A DNA stretch of 64,000 bases from Salinivirgaceae bacterium (GTDB taxonomy: Bacteria; Bacteroidota; Bacteroidia; Bacteroidales; SZUA-534). Below, in pieces: positions 58,434-64,000 of the stretch. A model generated the notes under the pieces. It did not search any database. It saw only the letters and a list, made by a program, of their open reading frames with translations, and was not told where the DNA came from. The stretch lies in contig JAEEPS010000009.1 in NCBI GenBank assembly GCA_016284875.1, positions 287 through 64,286 on the forward strand, in the 5' to 3' direction. Position 1 is the first letter of the stretch; each line of letters opens with the position of its first letter. The position numbers and the translations under genes are program-made.

Positions 58434-59891
58434 ATGTTTATTACAATAAAAAACTACCGTCCGCGCATTGATGACGCGATTTTCCCTGAGCCAATAAATT
58501 GGGAGATTCGCGAAGGTGAGGTGTGGACCATTGTGGGCGACAACGCTAGCGGCAAGACGACGATGGCTAACATCTTGCGCGGTAAGTTTTTTGCCGATGA
58601 GGGCGAGATTGTCTACCATTTTCTGGAGGCGATGCGTACGTCGGAATATCAGACGCTCTGGCCGGACAAATTCATTAAGACTGTGAATTTTAAATCGGCA
58701 TATTCGACCGACGATTTCAAGCAAATGTACTACCAGCAGCGGTTCCACAGTACCGAAGTTGAGGAGTGCCCGTTCTTGTCGGAAATGTTCAAACAGACAC
58801 AGATTGAGGAACTTAATGGCAATCCGCTGTTCTGCTCGCTGAACATTCAATCGTTGCTCAACCGCCGCGTCATTCACCTTTCGAGCGGCGAGATGCGCCG
58901 AATGATTATCGCGAAAGCGCTGTTGGAAAAGCCGCGAATGCTGATTTTTGACAATCCGTTCAACGGTTTGGATATCAAAATGGTACCGCAAGTTGATGAG
59001 TTGCTTTCGGGATTGCCGCAGACGGGTGTGCAGATAATGTTCATCAGCCCAACGGCAGACCGCATTCCATCGTGCACAACGCACATTTTGCAACTAAACG
59101 GCTGCAGGATAACTTATTGCGGGCCAGCATCGGAGTTTAAACCGCAGCCCGAAACGTTGCCGTCGGTGCCAACCATCGACTGGAGCCGCATTCCGACCAT
59201 CGAGCCATCGACGAGCGAAATGGTTGTTGAAATGCGCGATATTGAGATTTCTTACGGTAAACACATTGTGCAGCAGCATCTTAACTGGACGATAAGACGC
59301 GGCGAGAAATGGTCGCTGCTGGGGCTTAACGGCACGGGCAAATCGACGCTGCTGAGTTATATTTTTGCTGATAATCCGCAAGCCTACGCCAAGGATATTG
59401 CTCTGTTCGGGCGTCAGCGCGGCACGGGCGAGAGCATTTGGGACATCAAAAAACGCATTGGCTTCACGTCATCCGAAATGCACCTTTACTACCGCGAACC
59501 AGTTGATTGTCTGAAGATTGTGGAGTCGGGATTTTTCGACAGCATCGGACTTTACCGCACGTGCAGCGCCGAGCAGGAGCAGATGGCTCGCTACGTAATG
59601 CAGGTTGTGGGTATCAACCATCTCGTGGGGCGGTCGTTCTTGAAAATATCATCGGCCGAGCAGCGGCTTGTGCTTTTCGCACGCACGTTGGTGAAAAATC
59701 CAGAAGTTCTGATACTTGACGAGCCATTCCACGGACTCGACAACCAGAATCTGCAGCGTTGCATTGGCATTGTCAACGATTTTTGCAGTCAACCTGGCAA
59801 AACGCTTGTGTTTGTGACACATAACGCGCACGAGTTGCCCGCTTGCATCAATCACACATTCGAACTGAAATATTTTGAAAATCAACAATAA
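58434..59891 (+). CDS. modF: ModF-like dual-domain ABC ATPase
   Basis: Two Walker A motifs (GDNASGKT, GLNGTGKS), LSSGE signature, GESIWDIKKRIG motif, LILDEPFHGLD. Confidence 0.8.
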   Translation: MFITIKNYRPRIDDAIFPEPINWEIREGEVWTIVGDNASGKTTMANILRGKFFADEGEIVYHFLEAMRTSEYQTLWPDKFIKTVNFKSAYSTDDFKQMYYQQRFHSTEVEECPFLSEMFKQTQIEELNGNPLFCSLNIQSLLNRRVIHLSSGEMRRMIIAKALLEKPRMLIFDNPFNGLDIKMVPQVDELLSGLPQTGVQIMFISPTADRIPSCTTHILQLNGCRITYCGPASEFKPQPETLPSVPTIDWSRIPTIEPSTSEMVVEMRDIEISYGKHIVQQHLNWTIRRGEKWSLLGLNGTGKSTLLSYIFADNPQAYAKDIALFGRQRGTGESIWDIKKRIGFTSSEMHLYYREPVDCLKIVESGFFDSIGLYRTCSAEQEQMARYVMQVVGINHLVGRSFLKISSAEQRLVLFARTLVKNPEVLILDEPFHGLDNQNLQRCIGIVNDFCSQPGKTLVFVTHNAHELPACINHTFELKYFENQQ

Positions 59892-60469
59892 TGAATTTTA
59901 TAACAGATAGATACGAAGTTATTCTGGCGTCAAAATCGCCGCGCCGTCAGGCACTTTTGAAGGAGATTGTGCCCGAGTTCTCGATTATGCTGCGCGACAC
60001 CGCCGAAACCTATCCGCCGACGCTCAAGGGCGCGCAGATTGTTGAGCATCTGGCTAATCTGAAAGCATCGGCTTTCGATGGCGAATTGGCTGATAATCAA
60101 CTACTCATAACTGCCGACACCATTGTTTGGATTGACGATATGGTGCTTGGCAAGCCGAAAGATAGGAACGGAGCAATTGCTATGCTTCGGAAGCTTTCGG
60201 GACGTAAGCACACCGTTTTCACGGGCGTTTGCTTGAAAACCAATCAGAAAAAACGCGTGTTCAGCGTGGCAACCGACGTCTTTTTCCGTCCACTCGACGA
60301 CAGCGAGATTGAATACTATGTCGATAAGTATCAGCCATTTGACAAGGCTGGCTCGTATGGTGTTCAGGAGTGGATAGGCTACGTTGGCGTTGAGCGTATC
60401 GAAGGCTCGTACTTCAACGTAATGGGGCTTCCAGTGCAGCGGCTCTATCAGGAATTGAAGGAGTTTTAA
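59891..60469 (+). CDS. maf: Maf family nucleotide pyrophosphatase
   Basis: ILASKSPRR, ITADTIV, LGKP, DKAGSYG, GSYFNVMGLP. Confidence 0.95.
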   Translation: MNFITDRYEVILASKSPRRQALLKEIVPEFSIMLRDTAETYPPTLKGAQIVEHLANLKASAFDGELADNQLLITADTIVWIDDMVLGKPKDRNGAIAMLRKLSGRKHTVFTGVCLKTNQKKRVFSVATDVFFRPLDDSEIEYYVDKYQPFDKAGSYGVQEWIGYVGVERIEGSYFNVMGLPVQRLYQELKEF

Positions 60470-60613
60470 GTTCAACTATCTGTTCGCGAAATATTCTCAA
60501 AAAATTCGCGTTTGTTAGATTTATGTAGTTATTTTGCCGCAAATGCCATAGTCGTGTTTCGGCGGGCATTTATGGACTTGTATTTTTGAGCATCCTATTC
60601 GTTAAAAAGGAAT

Positions 60614-61975
60614 ATGAAATTTCGCATTTTATTGTTAGTCAGTGCAGTTGCTGCAATATTCTATACTTGCGACAACGACGGCGACTCATTCGATGTTGGT
60701 AATGTTTTCTTGGACAATAAAGCGGTTATTGGTTATGTTGACTCGTTCTCACTGAAATTGTCAACCATCAGGCTAGACAGTTTCATAACAACTGGCACTA
60801 CAGACATTTTTCTTGGCAGTTTCAACGACAAAGAGGTTGGAAACGTACATACGGAGGTTTATGTGCCGATAAATTTTGCCATGAAAACCAATGTGGCCGA
60901 TGATGCTGTTTACGACAGCATGCTCATCTGTTTCAAACCTAATGGAAGTTGGGTGGGTGATACTATCACGCCGCGTGAGGTGAAAATTTATGAGGTGCTT
61001 GAGGAAATAAAACCATTGTATACTTCGCTTCAGCAGACGATGTTCAACAATCAAAAGTTGAAACGTGGCGAAACGGCGTTGGCAACAGTAAAACTTAATC
61101 CTAGTCCTTTAACCGACGTGTCGTGGGCTAGAATGTCGGATAGTGTCGGGCAACTTTGGTTTGATATGCTGAAAAACGCCGACGATGTTATGGACAAGAA
61201 CGAATACTTCGAAGAATTTTTCCGGGGAATATGCATCGTGCCGCAAACAACGGATTTCACATGGGGGTTAGGTTTTGTCGGACAGTCAGATGCGGCACTC
61301 GCCTCATATGAAAAGAAAATTGAGGATGCTGGAGAATTTGAAATCAGACTATATTATCGCCAGTCGGGTGACGACGAAGATGGTTCTTATATGAAGTTTG
61401 TGGCTAAGCGTAACAATTCCTATCAATACACTTATTTCAACAACGACCGTAGCGGCACGCCGTTCGAAAATCTTGAAATTGATGGAGATAGGGTATATTC
61501 TTCGCAAAGTGGCAACAAAGCCTATATTCAAACAGGCAGCGGAATGGCTTTGCGCATTGATTGTCCTTCGCTGTCGGTTTTGCGTTCTGCTGCTGAATAT
61601 ATGACAGTGATAGATGCCCGTTTGATTATCAGACCGAAAGAATACTCGTTCGACGAAACCTATCCATTGCCTTCAACTTTGTATTTGGCAGTCAGCGACG
61701 AATCGAACGATCTTCTTGCAAATCTGCCAGATATGTCGGGAAATATTGTCAGTTCGCCAATATACTATTCAAGTGAAACAGGGCAGCCGTTTTATTCGTT
61801 CTCATTGTTGCGTTTTGTACGTAACCGAATGCTCACGATTGCCGATACAGAGCCGGCTTTGATAGTCTTGCCTAATGATGTTGAAAACACAACAACGTTC
61901 AAAAGGCTTGTTGTTGACGATAATTCGACGTATGCTGAGAATGTTCAACTGATGGTTTATTATATTACATATTGA
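60614..61975 (+). CDS. DUF4270-like lipoprotein
   Basis: Lipoprotein signal (FYTC), STIRLDS..T, LGSFND...G, F.EFFRGI pattern. Confidence 0.65.
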   Translation: MKFRILLLVSAVAAIFYTCDNDGDSFDVGNVFLDNKAVIGYVDSFSLKLSTIRLDSFITTGTTDIFLGSFNDKEVGNVHTEVYVPINFAMKTNVADDAVYDSMLICFKPNGSWVGDTITPREVKIYEVLEEIKPLYTSLQQTMFNNQKLKRGETALATVKLNPSPLTDVSWARMSDSVGQLWFDMLKNADDVMDKNEYFEEFFRGICIVPQTTDFTWGLGFVGQSDAALASYEKKIEDAGEFEIRLYYRQSGDDEDGSYMKFVAKRNNSYQYTYFNNDRSGTPFENLEIDGDRVYSSQSGNKAYIQTGSGMALRIDCPSLSVLRSAAEYMTVIDARLIIRPKEYSFDETYPLPSTLYLAVSDESNDLLANLPDMSGNIVSSPIYYSSETGQPFYSFSLLRFVRNRMLTIADTEPALIVLPNDVENTTTFKRLVVDDNSTYAENVQLMVYYITY

Positions 61976-61982
61976 TGGCGCT

Positions 61983-63242
61983 ATGAGTGGAAAAATGAAA
62001 TCAACGGTTGTGGCGCTTTTCTTGATGGCAATGGCTCAAGTGTCAGTATGTCAGAATAATACCATTTCTCCATATTCAAAATATGGTATCGGCTTATATG
62101 AGCAGATGGGGCATGGGCGAAACTCGTCGATGGGCGGAGTTGGAATCGCCTTACGGTCAGAACGCTACGTTAACACCATAAATCCTGCATCGTATGCTTC
62201 GCTGGATTCGACAATGGTTTTGTTCGATATTGGTGTGCACATGGACTATGAGCATATTGAGACACATCTTGATTCAGGTGACAAAATGAACGGCAACGTG
62301 TCGTATTTTTCACTTACTATGGCTCCTAGCGATCGTTTGGGCATATCGTTCGGTTTGGCGCCATACACGAGTGTGGGCTATACTTTGCAGTCGAAAGAAT
62401 ACGTGTCGGGTGGAGGTGAGGATAAGTATTTGTCGCGTGTTGAGGGACTTGGCGGCCTCACTTGGGCTTATGTCGGTTTGGGCGTCGATTTGTTCAAGTA
62501 CACATCTGTGGGAATGAACGCATCGTTGCTTTTCGGACCAAAAACCGAGCGGCAGTCGATGGCAATGTCATCGGCCGATGAGTTTTCAATCTACATCGAA
62601 AAAACAGATTACTACACTGGCGGAAAACTCGATTTCGGCTTGCAGCAGGATATTCCGCTGTCGAAAAATAAAACCTTGACAATCGGTGCAATTGCCAGTA
62701 CTCCAGGCATTTTGCGCTGCAGCAGAAAAGAAATCGCGACAAACACTTTCTATCGTATCGGTCTGATTGACACGGTTTATTTCGATGACGATGACTACGA
62801 CCGATACACAAAACTTCCGCCAACGTTTGGTTTCGGAGTTTCATATTGCAAGGCTGGCAGATTCACCGTGTCGGGCGATTTCAACTATAATCCGCTGTCG
62901 AAATTTGATGTTGAGGATTTGCGATCAAAACTTATTGATAATAAAGCGATTAATGTAGGCTGTGAGTATATTCCTAAAAAACTCGGCCGCTCAAACGACC
63001 TTGTTTTCCGTGCTGGCGGCGGGTTTGAAAGCGGTATTTGTCGAGTCGACCACTACACGCTCAAATCCTTAAAATTGTCGGCTGGTGTGGGATTCAGAAT
63101 TCGCGCCATCAGGTTCAACACCTACTGCATGTACAAACAGCAGGGAACGCTCGACAACTTGCTTGTGCTTCATCAGTCGTTGCAGTTCGGTCTCAACCTG
63201 ACCTACATCGACTACTGGTTCCAGAAACGTCGCTTCTATTGA
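61983..63242 (+). CDS. Outer-membrane beta-barrel protein (FadL-like Bacteroidota family)
   Basis: Signal peptide, [29 protein letters not shown]-terminal WFQKRRFY. Confidence 0.75.
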   Translation: MSGKMKSTVVALFLMAMAQVSVCQNNTISPYSKYGIGLYEQMGHGRNSSMGGVGIALRSERYVNTINPASYASLDSTMVLFDIGVHMDYEHIETHLDSGDKMNGNVSYFSLTMAPSDRLGISFGLAPYTSVGYTLQSKEYVSGGGEDKYLSRVEGLGGLTWAYVGLGVDLFKYTSVGMNASLLFGPKTERQSMAMSSADEFSIYIEKTDYYTGGKLDFGLQQDIPLSKNKTLTIGAIASTPGILRCSRKEIATNTFYRIGLIDTVYFDDDDYDRYTKLPPTFGFGVSYCKAGRFTVSGDFNYNPLSKFDVEDLRSKLIDNKAINVGCEYIPKKLGRSNDLVFRAGGGFESGICRVDHYTLKSLKLSAGVGFRIRAIRFNTYCMYKQQGTLDNLLVLHQSLQFGLNLTYIDYWFQKRRFY

Positions 63243-63847
63243 TGCTTGAACTCAATTTCAGCGGTTTGGCCAACGAAGCAGGCTGCGACGAGGCTGGGCG
63301 CGGATGCTTGGCAGGGCCTGTATTTGCGGCTGCCGTTATTTTGCCGCCCGATTTCAAAAACGATAAACTTAACGACTCAAAGCAACTGACTGAAAAACAG
63401 CGTTATCAGTTGCGCGAAGTGATTATGCGTGAAGCCGCCGCCTACGCTGTGGCAAAACTGGATGCCGAAAAAATCGATGAAATCAACATTCTGAACGCAT
63501 CAATCGCTTCAATGCATCTGGCTCTCGACCAGTTGGTTGTGCGTCCAGAATTCATTATTGTGGATGGCAACCGTTTCCGCAAATACCATGATGTGCCGCA
63601 TCAAACTATTGTCAAAGGCGATGGAAAATATTTGTCGATTGCTGCCGCATCGGTGTTGGCCAAAACCTTCCGCGACGATTTTATGAAGCAGATTGACAAA
63701 GAGTTTCCGCAATATAACTGGGCAAAAAACAAAGGCTATCCAACTGCCGATCATCGCGCGGCCATTGCCAAGTATGGCGTTACGCCTTACCATCGTCGCT
63801 CGTTCCGTCTGCTCGACCAGCAACTGTCGTTCGATTTCGGAATTTGA
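63242..63847 (+). CDS. rnhB: Ribonuclease HII
   Basis: [22 protein letters not shown]...[18 protein letters not shown] 63242 overlaps the upstream TGA. Confidence 0.97.
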   Translation: MLELNFSGLANEAGCDEAGRGCLAGPVFAAAVILPPDFKNDKLNDSKQLTEKQRYQLREVIMREAAAYAVAKLDAEKIDEINILNASIASMHLALDQLVVRPEFIIVDGNRFRKYHDVPHQTIVKGDGKYLSIAAASVLAKTFRDDFMKQIDKEFPQYNWAKNKGYPTADHRAAIAKYGVTPYHRRSFRLLDQQLSFDFGI

Positions 63848-63894
63848 GGAAACAAATTGAGTGGTTTTCAACCAATTCAATAGTGAAGTGCTAC

Positions 63895-63920
63895 ACTTCT
63901 AAACTTCTCAACATCTAAAC
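63895..63920. repeat. Second copy of the intergenic 8-mer repeat family
   Basis: acttctaa-acttctca-acatctaa-ac, reverse-complement related to 58354-58382. Confidence 0.5.
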
Positions 63921-63922
63921 CT

Positions 63923-64000
63923 TTATTTGAATATCAGCGTCGAGAACATCTTGTCGTCGAGTGTCTCGTTGGCTACTTCGAGCAGGTCGGTGCTGGTGAG
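63923..64000 (-). CDS. 3' end of a gene, possibly an M16 (pitrilysin) family peptidase; partial
   Basis: Minus frame LTSTDLLEVANETLDDKMFSTLIFK-stop resembles Bacteroidota M16 C-termini. Only 25 residues are visible. Confidence 0.45.
   Translation of the reverse strand, partial: LTSTDLLEVANETLDDKMFSTLIFK

Noticed and set aside
63038-63241. N-terminal extension of RNase HII in the ORF track
   Set aside because: It overlaps the upstream barrel gene; ATG 63242, coupled to the upstream stop, gives a normal-length RnhB.

Overview
Chromosomal window from a Bacteroidota (Bacteroidales-like) bacterium, inferred from SusC/SusD pairs, T9SS C-terminal sorting domains and TAnnTTTG promoters. The housekeeping backbone (fabG 3' end, VWA protein, ribD, prmC-recX, S9B peptidase, U32/rluD/PASTA cluster, ung, ModF-like ATPase, maf, rnhB) is interrupted by three accessory blocks. 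(1) An AT-rich island at about 2.2-5.1 kb: a zeta-type toxin/antitoxin pair, a ~310-nt multi-stem non-coding element with its own promoter, and two cargo genes (DUF2971-like protein, lipoprotein) bracketed by a 9-bp direct repeat. This is the most intriguing part. (2) Three tandem T9SS-secreted LTD-CotH kinase paralogues with different domain insertions. (3) A ~23-kb PUL with three SusC/SusD pairs around a hybrid two-component sensor. It resembles the xylan xus cluster but has no glycoside hydrolase and carries an apparently permuted CBM4-like insert in the SusE-position gene. I saw no rRNA, tRNA, CRISPR array, integrase or transposase. All family calls come from motif recognition by eye; no searches were run.
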